NCBI GenBank assembly: GCA_963654365.1
Contig: CAVJZP010000001.1
Coordinates: forward strand, 16,862 to 80,861
Origin: Oscillospiraceae bacterium
GTDB taxonomy: Bacteria; Bacillota_I; Bacilli_A; RFN20; CAG-288
DNA length: 64,000 bases
Direction: 5' to 3'
Each line of letters opens with the position of its first letter. Within the stretch, counting starts at the first letter, position 1. The notes beneath the pieces are model-generated. The model was not told the origin of the DNA and did no database searches. It saw nothing but the letters and a program-made list of their open reading frames with translations. Shown here piece by piece: positions 46,395 to 55,282 of the stretch. A program made the translations under genes and the position numbers.

Positions 46395-47762
46395 CTATTC
46401 TACAATTTTCCAAAAACCGGTTTTATCGGGACCTACTCTTTCGATGAGTTGTTTATTTTTTAGTTTGTTCAAGGCTCTGATGACTGTCGTTCGGTGTTTC
46501 CCTAGAGATTTTGTTAAATCATCTACGGTGACATTCTCATTGTTTGCAATTAAATCAAGCAATGTTTGTTCGGTATCTGTTAATTTTACAGTAGCGTTTA
46601 CAGTAGCGTTTACAGTAGCGTTTACAGTAGCGTTTTGAGTTTCTTGCGCAACACCATCCTCTTTTCTGAATCCTTGTTTATCGAAAGGAATTGTGACAGT
46701 AATTGTGGAAGTGCCAAAGTCATAGACATCTGGGCCATATTTAGCGACTATCTTAGGAACGCCATGACCAGTTTGCTCAACAATGTGACATTGGAGAAAA
46801 ATCTTCATCAGTTCTTCATTTACAGGATGCGTTTTTCCAGAAAGGAAATCTTCCTTAGACATCCCGTTTGGAATAGTCCCATAGGAAATGATTTCCAATC
46901 TGTCGTCAAACCAATATACAGCAGGCGGAATGCCATCAACCCATTTGTTATGAACGACTGCATTTATCCACGCTTCACGGAAGGCATCTTCATCAAAGAG
47001 TTTTTTCTCTTGTCGGACTAATTTTGAAGTATCGACGTAGGTGTCATTTAATGCAAGACAATATTCGCTAACCTGATCCATTGCATACAACAGACAGGTG
47101 AATCCATATTCATTTCTTTTGAGATAATCCGCTTTATTTGTTCCTTTGAAGATGGCAATCTTAATGGAATCCATATTTTCATCTGCTAAAAGGTCTGCTA
47201 AGAGATTATATTTTCCGTCTGATGTTCTCAAATTGAAATTTTCTTCGAATTTTGATTCGTTGAAATGAACATTTCTGGCACCAAGGTAGGTTTTGAACTT
47301 CACAAACGTCAAATCAGTTCTGTTACAAGGGACATCTACCATTTTCCTTTCAGGGATAGTGATGGATTCAAGAAATCTCTTCGTTATTTGTTCTGGTGTC
47401 ATGCCTCTGCAAGAAGTGCCAATTCTTTCGTAACATCCAGAACTACTCATCCCATACTTCTTTATGTAGAATAGTCTATTTCCTTTATTAACAATGATTT
47501 TGATAATTTGTTTGTTATTGATGATTGGTGTCTCAATATAGATGAAATCTCTTGGATTGGGTTCGATTTGATCAGTAATGATGTTGGAGATTGTGATCGA
47601 TGCTTTGTCGATATCTTCAATTCCGACTAATTTTCCATTGTCATCAACGCCAATGTAGATAGTCCCATCACATGTGTTAAGAAAAGCGACAATTTCGTTG
47701 ACGATTGTTCCGCTCTTTGCATTTTCTTTCAATTCAGTATGCTGGTCTTCTTTGAAAATCAT
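46395..47762 (-). CDS. AlbA_2 (Schlafen-like) domain / HATPase_c_4-like / C-terminal winged-HTH protein (often annotated as putative DNA-binding or RecG-related ATP-binding protein)
   Basis: The N-terminus EDQHTELKENAKS...IVNEIVAFLNTCDGTIYIGVDDNGKLVGIED is the AlbA_2 signature. The C-terminus is wHTH-like (TLLDLIANNENVTVDDLTKSLGKHRTTVIRALNKLKNKQLIERVG). Confidence 0.75.
   Translation of the reverse strand: MIFKEDQHTELKENAKSGTIVNEIVAFLNTCDGTIYIGVDDNGKLVGIEDIDKASITISNIITDQIEPNPRDFIYIETPIINNKQIIKIIVNKGNRLFYIKKYGMSSSGCYERIGTSCRGMTPEQITKRFLESITIPERKMVDVPCNRTDLTFVKFKTYLGARNVHFNESKFEENFNLRTSDGKYNLLADLLADENMDSIKIAIFKGTNKADYLKRNEYGFTCLLYAMDQVSEYCLALNDTYVDTSKLVRQEKKLFDEDAFREAWINAVVHNKWVDGIPPAVYWFDDRLEIISYGTIPNGMSKEDFLSGKTHPVNEELMKIFLQCHIVEQTGHGVPKIVAKYGPDVYDFGTSTITVTIPFDKQGFRKEDGVAQETQNATVNATVNATVNATVKLTDTEQTLLDLIANNENVTVDDLTKSLGKHRTTVIRALNKLKNKQLIERVGPDKTGFWKIVE
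46588..46635. repeat. Perfect 12-bp tandem repeat, 4 copies (ACAGTAGCGTTT)
   Basis: Counted directly in the sequence. It lies in-frame inside the AlbA_2 gene and encodes (NATV)x4 on the minus strand. Confidence 0.95.
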
Positions 47763-47949
47763 GTTTAATCGCTTATCCTTTCTTTTATATATTTTATCAC
47801 GAAAAGACTAAAAAATCCATGTTTTCGCCATTTTTTGCAAAAATTAACTTATTTTTGCACATAATTCATGATCAGGTTTATATAACAATTATGCTCGGAT
47901 TTTTATTAGGGTGAGATATAAGGATAAAGCTCAAGTGGTCTTTTAGAAC

Positions 47950-47986
47950 GAAAAATCCGCAGTCCATCAGAACTGCGGATGGTTTT
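47950..47986 (-). terminator. Rho-independent terminator downstream of the superoxide reductase gene
   Basis: ATCCGCAGT pairs with ACTGCGGAT, with a T-run on the minus strand. Confidence 0.6.
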
Positions 47987-47999
47987 CATTGGATGATGT

Positions 48000-48362
48000 T
48001 CAGAGTTTCTTTACCCAAAGGCCGTGGAGATTGCAGTACTCGTAGACTTCTAATACTTTCTCACCATCAGCAAGGGTGAAGTCTGCTTTTGGTTCTCCGG
48101 TTGGATTGAGGTTCTTTCTTTCGGTTTTTCTGTCTGTCACAACGGCGATGAAGGAGATATGATGTGCATCTGTCATCGGATGGATTACGCTTCCGACTTC
48201 AACATGGACATCATTTCCGTTCACAGTGACGACAGGAACGTGTTTTTCAACTGCAGCATCTGTAGAATTTGCTTTGAGAAGGATAAGATCATCGTTTTTG
48301 ACTTCCTGTAGCGATAATGTGATTTCGTTGGTTGCTTTGTTCTTGTAGAATTTGACTTCCAT
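48000..48362 (-). CDS. Superoxide reductase (desulfoferrodoxin family, N-terminal Cys ligands absent)
   Basis: EKHVPVV, HPMTDAHHISFI and CNLHGLWV are centre-II ligand motifs. The ATG at 48362 is preceded by an AGGAGG SD. Confidence 0.85.
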   Translation of the reverse strand: MEVKFYKNKATNEITLSLQEVKNDDLILLKANSTDAAVEKHVPVVTVNGNDVHVEVGSVIHPMTDAHHISFIAVVTDRKTERKNLNPTGEPKADFTLADGEKVLEVYEYCNLHGLWVKKL

Positions 48363-48430
48363 GGTTTTGATACCTCCTGAATCCATTGTAGCATAATCGA
48401 TAGGAAGAGCAAAAAAGGATGCTCAGAGGA

Positions 48431-48462
48431 AAAGAAAATCCCCATAGGGATATTCTATGGGG
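48431..48462 (-). terminator. Rho-independent terminator after the TM2-domain gene
   Basis: CCCCATAG pairs with CTATGGGG, with a T-rich run on the minus strand. Confidence 0.5.
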
Positions 48463-48483
48463 AGAGTGTTTTCTGGATTCTGT

Positions 48484-48732
48484 TTAACGGAAATATTCTC
48501 TGAAGTCGAGCTCGTATTTGCCCATGAATGCTTTGACGATGTCAAAGATATTCCAGATGAGTCCAAGTCCGATCAGGCAGTAGAGGAATTTGACTAGAGC
48601 AAATTTCCATCCGCCTTTGAAGCTCTTTGCGGCATAGAATTTTTCCATGCCGATCCAACCGATGATAAAGAGAAGGAGAATCAGGATAGGATCTCTCTTA
48701 TTCTCTTTGATTCCATATTCTTCGTGATTCAT
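48484..48732 (-). CDS. TM2-domain small membrane protein
   Basis: 82 aa. GWIGMEKFYAAK...IGLGLIWNIFDIV fits the TM2 pattern (G-x-G-x-x-x-F-Y ... W-x-x-x-D). Confidence 0.55.
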   Translation of the reverse strand: MNHEEYGIKENKRDPILILLLFIIGWIGMEKFYAAKSFKGGWKFALVKFLYCLIGLGLIWNIFDIVKAFMGKYELDFREYFR

Positions 48733-48807
48733 TTTATTAGTGTCCTCTGTATTTGAAAAACATATACATTATAAGGGAAAGAGCATAGTTATGGAAGAAG
48801 TTTTATG

Positions 48808-49722
48808 TCAATAACGATGTTCGACAGAGGTCAGGATGTAACTTCCTGTACCTGTGATCAAAGCCTTTTTTCCGCTCGGGAGGAAGAAGGTATCGAACTT
48901 CCTGTATGGAAGATCGTTGATCTTGCCTTCTCCGTCTAAGAAAGTAAGAGAATAGAATGTCGTATCCGGAGCATGAAGAGAGACAGTCCTATCGATTTTC
49001 TGATAGCGGCTGGTGAAGTATTTGCAGGTACCGATGATATCATCTGCAAATATGATTTTCTGATACTTCTTATAGTTGATGACATTCAATGCCTTTTCGA
49101 TATGGAGTTCTCTAGGTTTTCCGTCTTTTCCAAGGCGGTTATAGTCATAGAGACGATAGGTGAGATTGGAGTTCTGCTGTATTTCAATGACAGTGACGCC
49201 TTTGCCGATGGCATGAATCGTTCCGCTTTCGATGAAATAGACTTCCCCTGGCATGACCGGGAAGAAGTTGAGCTTGGAAAGGATGGTTCCATCCTTTAAT
49301 GCAGACTCGATTTCATCTCTATTGGTATCCTCTTTTAAGCCAACATAGAGCCCGCTTCCTTTTTCAGCTTCTAAGACATACCACATTTCGGTCTTTCCGA
49401 AGCTGTTCTCATGTCTCAGCGCGTATTCATCCTTTGGATGCACTTGAACGGAGAGGTTATCTCCACTGTCGATCAGTTTGATCAGAACAGGGAAGAAAGG
49501 AAAAGTAGAGACATTGCTTCCTAAATCAGCATCCGTTGCAATATCCTTCAGTGCTTTTCCTGCATTTATTCCGGAGTCAATAAGACAGGGCCCATCCTTG
49601 TGGAAGGAGAGTTCCCAGCATTCTGCGATATTGTCATAAGGAGCGTCTTTTCCGTATTTCTTCAGCTTTGTTCCCGCCCAGATGTAATCTTTCGTAGCAG
49701 GTTTGAGTTTGACTAGTTCCAT
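48808..49722 (-). CDS. manA: Mannose-6-phosphate isomerase, class I
   Basis: KDYIWAGTKL, ECWELSFH, LSVQVHPKDEYA and TEMWYVL fit the Firmicute type-I PMI pattern of about 300 aa. Confidence 0.8.
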   Translation of the reverse strand: MELVKLKPATKDYIWAGTKLKKYGKDAPYDNIAECWELSFHKDGPCLIDSGINAGKALKDIATDADLGSNVSTFPFFPVLIKLIDSGDNLSVQVHPKDEYALRHENSFGKTEMWYVLEAEKGSGLYVGLKEDTNRDEIESALKDGTILSKLNFFPVMPGEVYFIESGTIHAIGKGVTVIEIQQNSNLTYRLYDYNRLGKDGKPRELHIEKALNVINYKKYQKIIFADDIIGTCKYFTSRYQKIDRTVSLHAPDTTFYSLTFLDGEGKINDLPYRKFDTFFLPSGKKALITGTGSYILTSVEHRY

Positions 49723-49735
49723 GTTAAAAGCCTTT

Positions 49736-49768
49736 CATAAAAACTGTGGTAGAGATATTCTACCACAG
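49736..49768 (-). terminator. Rho-independent terminator after the ABC operon
   Basis: CTGTGGTAGA, loop gatat, TCTACCACAG, with TTTTT on the minus strand. Confidence 0.6.
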
Positions 49769-49776
49769 TGATTGGA

Positions 49777-51156
49777 TCAATCGATGTAAAGCGTTTCTGG
49801 CTTGAAAGCCTCATGTTTTGGCAAAGCGTGGACATTTCTGTCTTCGAATGTCAGGTAGGCTTCTTCGCCGACTTCATAGATTCTCTGACCGCGAGGATTG
49901 TATTCGGTGACTTTGACTAAAGTATCTCCTTGCATGACATGGTAGAGCTGATAGCTTCCCATGAAGGTAGAAAGGATGACTTTGACTTTGATGTCACCGC
50001 TGTCCTTGAGGTGAACCGCTTCCGGACGGAGGACGAGTTTGACTTCGTCGTCCTTTTTGAAGTGGAACGGATTCTCGGTGGTGATGGTATGTTCACCGGT
50101 CTTGACTTCCATCGTGCCTTCCTTGACATCGGTGACTTTTCCTTCGAGGAAGTTGACTTCGCCGATGAAGTCAGCAACGAATTCGTTTTCCGGTGTATAG
50201 TAGACCTCTTTCGGAGATCCGACCTGGGAGATGAATCCCTTGTTCATGATGATGACTCTGTCAGAGAGTGCCATAGCCTCACTTTGATCGTGAGTGACAT
50301 AGATGGCAGTGATGCCGACTTTCTGCTGAATCTTTCTGATCTCCGTTCTCATGGAGACACGAAGCTTGGCATCGAGGTTGCTTAATGGCTCATCGAAGAG
50401 AAGGACAGAAGGGTTCAGAACCAGCGCTCTTGCTAAGGCGACACGCTGCTGCTGACCGCCGGAGAGCTGATTGGTCATACGGGTTTCCATGCCAGTGAGT
50501 TCGACAAGGTCGAGCATAGCCAATACTTTCTCTGAGATTTCCTCTTTTGTGAACGAACGATAATCGTAAGCCGGAACCGGTGTGCTCTTAGCCTGCTCTA
50601 ATACTGCTTTCTGATGTGTCAGTTCGTCATTGATGATTTTGATCTGTGTCTCATCCTTAAGAGTCTTCCGTTGCTTTTCAAGACCCTTGATGACCTTCTC
50701 TGTTTCCTGGATTTTGTGCTGGTCGATCTCTAAGACGGGATTGCCCTGTTCATCGACTCTCTTGACAGCGAGCTTTCTCAGCTTAAGACCATAGGCCACA
50801 TTGTCAAAGACGTTGTAATGTGGGAAAAGAGCGTAGGACTGGAAGACCATGGCAGTGTCTCTCTGGTTTGGAGTCAGAGCATTGATCGGTGTGTCACCGA
50901 TATAGATCTGACCTTGATCCGGAGATTCAAAGCCGGCGATCATTCGTAATGTCGTGGTCTTACCGCATCCGGAAGGACCTAACAATGTGACGAATTCACC
51001 GGGGTGAATGACGATGTTGGAATCCTTGACAGCATAGAAATGACGATGAGATTTCGGATCTTCGTAAATTTTTGATACGTGCTCTAAGCGGACTTCAACG
51101 GATGTTTTTTCCTGAGAGTAGATCAGAGCGGTATTCTTTTTATTGAAGATATTCAT
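49777..51156 (-). CDS. ABC importer ATP-binding protein (FbpC/PotA/AfuC type) with about 75-aa insertion
   Basis: Walker A GPSGCGKTT, Q-loop MVFQSYALFPH, signature LSGGQQQRVALARAL, Walker B LLFDEPLSNLD, and a C-terminal TOBE-like domain. Confidence 0.85.
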   Translation of the reverse strand: MNIFNKKNTALIYSQEKTSVEVRLEHVSKIYEDPKSHRHFYAVKDSNIVIHPGEFVTLLGPSGCGKTTTLRMIAGFESPDQGQIYIGDTPINALTPNQRDTAMVFQSYALFPHYNVFDNVAYGLKLRKLAVKRVDEQGNPVLEIDQHKIQETEKVIKGLEKQRKTLKDETQIKIINDELTHQKAVLEQAKSTPVPAYDYRSFTKEEISEKVLAMLDLVELTGMETRMTNQLSGGQQQRVALARALVLNPSVLLFDEPLSNLDAKLRVSMRTEIRKIQQKVGITAIYVTHDQSEAMALSDRVIIMNKGFISQVGSPKEVYYTPENEFVADFIGEVNFLEGKVTDVKEGTMEVKTGEHTITTENPFHFKKDDEVKLVLRPEAVHLKDSGDIKVKVILSTFMGSYQLYHVMQGDTLVKVTEYNPRGQRIYEVGEEAYLTFEDRNVHALPKHEAFKPETLYID

Positions 51157-51159
51157 TGA

Positions 51160-53016
51160 TTATTCTCCTTTTTGTATGCGTTCTTTCTTTGGCTTTCTCA
51201 CATGGCTGGTTCCGAAGAAGTGGATGAGGAGTTCCATCATGCCGACAGCGAATCCGGCGATGAGGATAAGGATTGTCGCATAGACAGCAGCTTGTTCATA
51301 AGCGCCCTTGTCACCGAGCTCGTTCATTTCGTAAGTGATTAAGATGGTTCGAGGAGAGGAGACAACGACGATAGCGGATAAGGCTGTCATAGAGCGGACA
51401 AAGGAGGTGACCAAGGAAGAGAACAAGGAATCTTTGATGAGGGGAACCGTGACAGAAGAGAAGACTTTTCCAGTTCCGGCACCCATGTCGGAAGCAGATT
51501 CTTCAATGGATTTGTCAATCTGCTTCAAGGCAGTGACACCAGAACGGATACCGATAGGAAGGGAACGGACGATGAAGATAATGATGATGATTCCCATGCC
51601 ACCATAGAGGAATTTCAAAAAGCCTGTGCCGAAGAATCCGGTGACAAAGCCGGTGACATAACCAATACCTAAGACAGTGCCAGGGACGGCCATGGCAAGC
51701 ATGGCAACGAATTCCATGATTCCTTTTCCGACGAATCTCTTCTTGACGACAAGGAAGGCGACAAGCATGGAGATGAATGCGGTGATGAAGGATGCGACAA
51801 GAGATGTCCATACTGTATTCCATAAAGAGGAAGAGGAACTCTTGAAGATCTTGCTTCCGATTTCTTTCCAGTTGGCGGTGGTCCAGACGAGGTTATTGAT
51901 ATCGAGATTTCTCCAGAAAGAGCAGATGAAGACAAGGACGTATAAGGAGATGACAAAGAGAGATGCAAGTCCGCAGAGGATACCAAGAGGAATGACAACT
52001 CCTTTGTCTTCGATAAGGATTCTGCCTCTTGTGGCTTTTCCGGACAAGGTTGAATACGTCTTTCTCTCCAAAACGTATTTCTGAATAAAGTAGAAGAGCA
52101 TAGAGATGCAGAGCAAGATGATAGCCATAGCGGCAGCTCTGTTCGGTGCATCTTTTCCGTTTCCGCCCATATAGGATGTGTAAATTGTTGTGGACATTGT
52201 ATCGACAGAACCGCCGATGATGAACGGGTTAGCAAAGTCGGCAAGGGATTCGATGAAGGAGACTAAGAAGGCATTTCCGAATCCAGGGATGAGAAGAGGG
52301 AAGGTAACAGTCCAGAAGACTTTCCATCTGGAGGCACCCATATCTCTTGCGGCCTCCTCTAAGGAAGGGTCAATGTTCTTCAACAAGGCTCTGAGCATCA
52401 AATAGGCAGTAGGGAAGAAGGTGATGATTTCAACTACGACAATTCCAGGTATGCCGAATAACCCGGAGTTCATGCTCATATGGAAAATCTTGTTTGTGAT
52501 GATGCCCGTATTTCCGAATAACAGAATGATAGCAATAGCGATCAAGAACGGCGGGGAGATGGTAGGTAAGATAGAGACGATTTTGAATAATACACTGATG
52601 ATCTTGCTTCTGAAGTGGACATATACTTCAACATAGGCAAACAAGAATCCGACGATGGTAGCGCCAAAGGCGACGATAAGTCCGATGATGAGGGAGTTCT
52701 TGATGGCATCTCCATAGGAGAGCATTTTGAAGATATAGGGGAAGTTCGATAAGGAAGCGACAGTTTTATAGACTTTAATGCCTTCCTCATTGACTCCAAC
52801 CTTCTTGTTTATGGTAAAGCCGTTGACGAAGACGGACAATAACGGATAGACGACAAAAAAGAACAGAAAGACAAATAGGAGGACAATCATCGTAATAGTG
52901 AACGGCTCTTTCAAAAGTTTCTTTGTGTCGAGGAGCTTAGACTGTCTCTGTGCCTTTCTTGTTCGGATTCGATTATTCCTTTTTTCTTCTTTTGATAGGG
53001 TATTGGCTGAATCCAT
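51160..53016 (-). CDS. ABC importer permease, fused double (12-TM) FbpB/AfuB/ThiP type
   Basis: Two EAA loops are present: LEEAARDMGASRWKVFWTVTFPLL and IEESASDMGAGTGKVFSSVTVPLI. Confidence 0.85.
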   Translation of the reverse strand: MDSANTLSKEEKRNNRIRTRKAQRQSKLLDTKKLLKEPFTITMIVLLFVFLFFFVVYPLLSVFVNGFTINKKVGVNEEGIKVYKTVASLSNFPYIFKMLSYGDAIKNSLIIGLIVAFGATIVGFLFAYVEVYVHFRSKIISVLFKIVSILPTISPPFLIAIAIILLFGNTGIITNKIFHMSMNSGLFGIPGIVVVEIITFFPTAYLMLRALLKNIDPSLEEAARDMGASRWKVFWTVTFPLLIPGFGNAFLVSFIESLADFANPFIIGGSVDTMSTTIYTSYMGGNGKDAPNRAAAMAIILLCISMLFYFIQKYVLERKTYSTLSGKATRGRILIEDKGVVIPLGILCGLASLFVISLYVLVFICSFWRNLDINNLVWTTANWKEIGSKIFKSSSSSLWNTVWTSLVASFITAFISMLVAFLVVKKRFVGKGIMEFVAMLAMAVPGTVLGIGYVTGFVTGFFGTGFLKFLYGGMGIIIIIFIVRSLPIGIRSGVTALKQIDKSIEESASDMGAGTGKVFSSVTVPLIKDSLFSSLVTSFVRSMTALSAIVVVSSPRTILITYEMNELGDKGAYEQAAVYATILILIAGFAVGMMELLIHFFGTSHVRKPKKERIQKGE

Positions 53017-53092
53017 TCGTTAACCTCCAATAAGGGGAAAGGCCGGGAGAATAAATCTCTCGGCCTGATTAAACATATCAGAAATAGAATTG

Positions 53093-54241
53093 TTATTCTG
53101 TGTAACCAGTCTTGACAGCCTGGGTGAAGTCTTCAACATAGTGGGCTGTGTTGGTCTTGGCATCTTCGAAGTCATAATCCATGATTTTGACCTGGTCGAC
53201 TCCGGCGTCGATAGCAGCCTGAGGCTGTTTTGCGTTCTTGAGAACCAAGAACTGATAAGAACCGTTCTGTGCGGCTAATTCAACGCATTCAGGGCTTGTG
53301 GCGAAGTCAATGAACTTCTTGGCAAGTTCAGGATGCTTGGCACCCTTAAGGATGGCAGTTGCGCCAACTTCATAAGAGGTTCCATCAGACGGAGCGCACA
53401 TACCGATGTTGGTATACTTTTTGTCGACAATCTGGTAGATGACATCGTGTAAGAAACCGATACCGATGACGGTAGTTCCGACACCGACTTCCTTGGAAGC
53501 ACCAGAACCAGACTTCGTATACTTGACAGTGTTTGTGTCTAACTTCTTGAAGTATTCCATGGCGGCGGTATCATCATAGCAAGTGACATCATCGCCATCA
53601 TCGTCTTTATAGGTAGTCTTCTTGCCTGCGGCTTTCTTCTGAACAATGGTGTTGACGACTAACTTAGCTGTACCGGCAGTGGTCGGATGAGACCAGGTGA
53701 TGTACTTGGAATATTCGGGTTTAAGTAGATCATCCCAGGTAGAGGGAGCGGTCAAACCTAATTCATTAAGTTTGTCCTTGTTCCACATGAATCCTAAGAT
53801 TCCTTTGTAGATACCATACCAGTAATTGTCGGCATCCTTGAAGTTTGCATCCTCAATCTGATCGTCATTGACGGATTTGTACTTCATCAAAAGGCCTTCG
53901 CTCTTCAATGCGTTGTAAGGATCGGTCGTTCCGCCGAAGATGACGTCAGCGCTCGGATTGCCCTTTTCGTTCTTGACCTGTGTTTCGATTTCACCAGATG
54001 ATTTACGGATTCTGTTGACCGTAACGTTGTACTTTGCGGCAAAAGCGTCAGCGACAGCGTTCATGTACGGTTCTTCACAGCCGGCAATCAGATCTAATGT
54101 GTTCTCGAGTTGTGCCTCACTGGTTCCAGGGGTTCCGGAGTTTCCAGGGTTCTCGGTGGTGGCTCCTGTATCTCCTCCACAGCCGACAAGACCGAGAAGT
54201 GCGATAAAGGAAAGTCCTAAGCTCAAATGTTTGGATTTCAT
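53093..54241 (-). CDS. ABC importer substrate-binding lipoprotein (family 1; FbpA/AfuA-like)
   Basis: The ATG at 54241 is preceded by an AAGGAGGA SD. Lipobox LLGLVGCGG. It is the first gene of the SBP-permease-ATPase operon. Confidence 0.8.
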   Translation of the reverse strand: MKSKHLSLGLSFIALLGLVGCGGDTGATTENPGNSGTPGTSEAQLENTLDLIAGCEEPYMNAVADAFAAKYNVTVNRIRKSSGEIETQVKNEKGNPSADVIFGGTTDPYNALKSEGLLMKYKSVNDDQIEDANFKDADNYWYGIYKGILGFMWNKDKLNELGLTAPSTWDDLLKPEYSKYITWSHPTTAGTAKLVVNTIVQKKAAGKKTTYKDDDGDDVTCYDDTAAMEYFKKLDTNTVKYTKSGSGASKEVGVGTTVIGIGFLHDVIYQIVDKKYTNIGMCAPSDGTSYEVGATAILKGAKHPELAKKFIDFATSPECVELAAQNGSYQFLVLKNAKQPQAAIDAGVDQVKIMDYDFEDAKTNTAHYVEDFTQAVKTGYTE

Positions 54242-54295
54242 AATATCCTCCTTGATATCCAAATGCTCATTCTAACGAATGATTTGCATGCCTAG

Positions 54296-54325
54296 ATAAT
54301 AGCGCTTACATGTTTAAAATTGCAA
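54296..54325 (-). promoter_or_regulatory. Putative promoter of the ABC importer operon
   Basis: On the minus strand: TTGCAA, an 18-nt spacer, then TATTAT, about 50 nt upstream of the ATG. Confidence 0.35.
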
Positions 54326-54575
54326 GACTTTAATTTTCGCTTGATTTTGAACGATTAAATGAAAAGTGGTGAGAATCAGTTGAAAATCTTGGATTTTTGA
54401 TGAAAATTAAGGCTATTACCTCTAAAAAGCATCAAAATGAAATGTAAGGAAATTGTAAAATTCTTTGAAGGAAATCTTATACTAACCTTAAAAAACAGAA
54501 GAATTTTTCTTTTTTTCATTGCAAGAGTTTTATTTCAGGATAGTTGTTATATAATTTTGAGGGGAGGTCAGAACG

Positions 54576-55217
54576 ATGGTAAAGATATTCAACTACGAAA
54601 ACAACAGCAAGGAATTTTCAGCCAATACCTATGTCATTGGCAAGATAAATGGAGACTGTATCGTCATCGATATGGGTTCCACAGACGAAAAGGTCTATGA
54701 ATATATTGATGCCCACTATGAGAAAGTGGATGCCCTGCTTTTGACACACGCCCATTATGATCATATTCGTGGCATTCCGAAGTTTCTGAAACATTTCAAG
54801 GGCAAGTCAGACATCCCTGTCTATTTATCCAGCGAGGATGAACCACTCCTTCAGAATCCGAGCCTGAATTCCTCTTCTATGACAAACGAAAAGGTTTCGA
54901 TGAATATTACGACAATCCCCGTTCATGATGGAGATGAGATCAATCTGAAAGGATTCCATATCAAAGTCATACATACTCCTTTCCATACGAAAGGAAGCGT
55001 CTGTTATCTCTTTGATGATGACAATGCTCTCTTTACGGGGGATACCCTCTTCAAAGGCGCTATAGGAAGAAGTGATCTTCCGACTAGTGAACCGGAACTG
55101 ACAGAAGAGTCTCTGAATAAAATAAAAGGATTGAGAGATACACTCGTCATCTATCCTGGTCATGGTCCTATCTCAAGGCTGGAAATAGAGAAAGAGACGA
55201 ATCCATTCTTCAGATGA
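54576..55217 (+). CDS. MBL-fold metallo-hydrolase (glyoxalase II-like)
   Basis: LLLTHAHYDHIRG (HxHxDH), HTPFHTKGS, GDTLF, YPGHG. A GAGGGGAGG SD precedes the ATG. Confidence 0.85.
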   Translation: MVKIFNYENNSKEFSANTYVIGKINGDCIVIDMGSTDEKVYEYIDAHYEKVDALLLTHAHYDHIRGIPKFLKHFKGKSDIPVYLSSEDEPLLQNPSLNSSSMTNEKVSMNITTIPVHDGDEINLKGFHIKVIHTPFHTKGSVCYLFDDDNALFTGDTLFKGAIGRSDLPTSEPELTEESLNKIKGLRDTLVIYPGHGPISRLEIEKETNPFFR

Positions 55218-55222
55218 ACAAT

Positions 55223-55253
55223 AAAAAACTTAGGCTAGATACCTAAGTTTTTT
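55223..55253. terminator. Bidirectional terminator between the MBL gene and metG
   Basis: AAAAAACTTAGG pairs with CCTAAGTTTTTT. Confidence 0.65.
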
Positions 55254-55282
55254 ATATGTCTTATTATTGTTCCTTCTTCTGA

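Noticed and set aside
54242-54440. A possible TPP riboswitch or Fur box in the leader of the Fbp/Afu/Thi-type ABC operon.
   Set aside because: There is no CUGAGA / ACCUGAUCUGGAUAAUGCCAGCG-like element and no GATAATGATAATCATTATC-like palindrome on the minus strand.
54437-54700. An 87-aa plus-strand ORF upstream of and overlapping the MBL-hydrolase gene.
   Set aside because: It is AT-rich and low-complexity, has no SD, and overlaps the strongly supported MBL start (GAGGGGAGG SD at about 54562).
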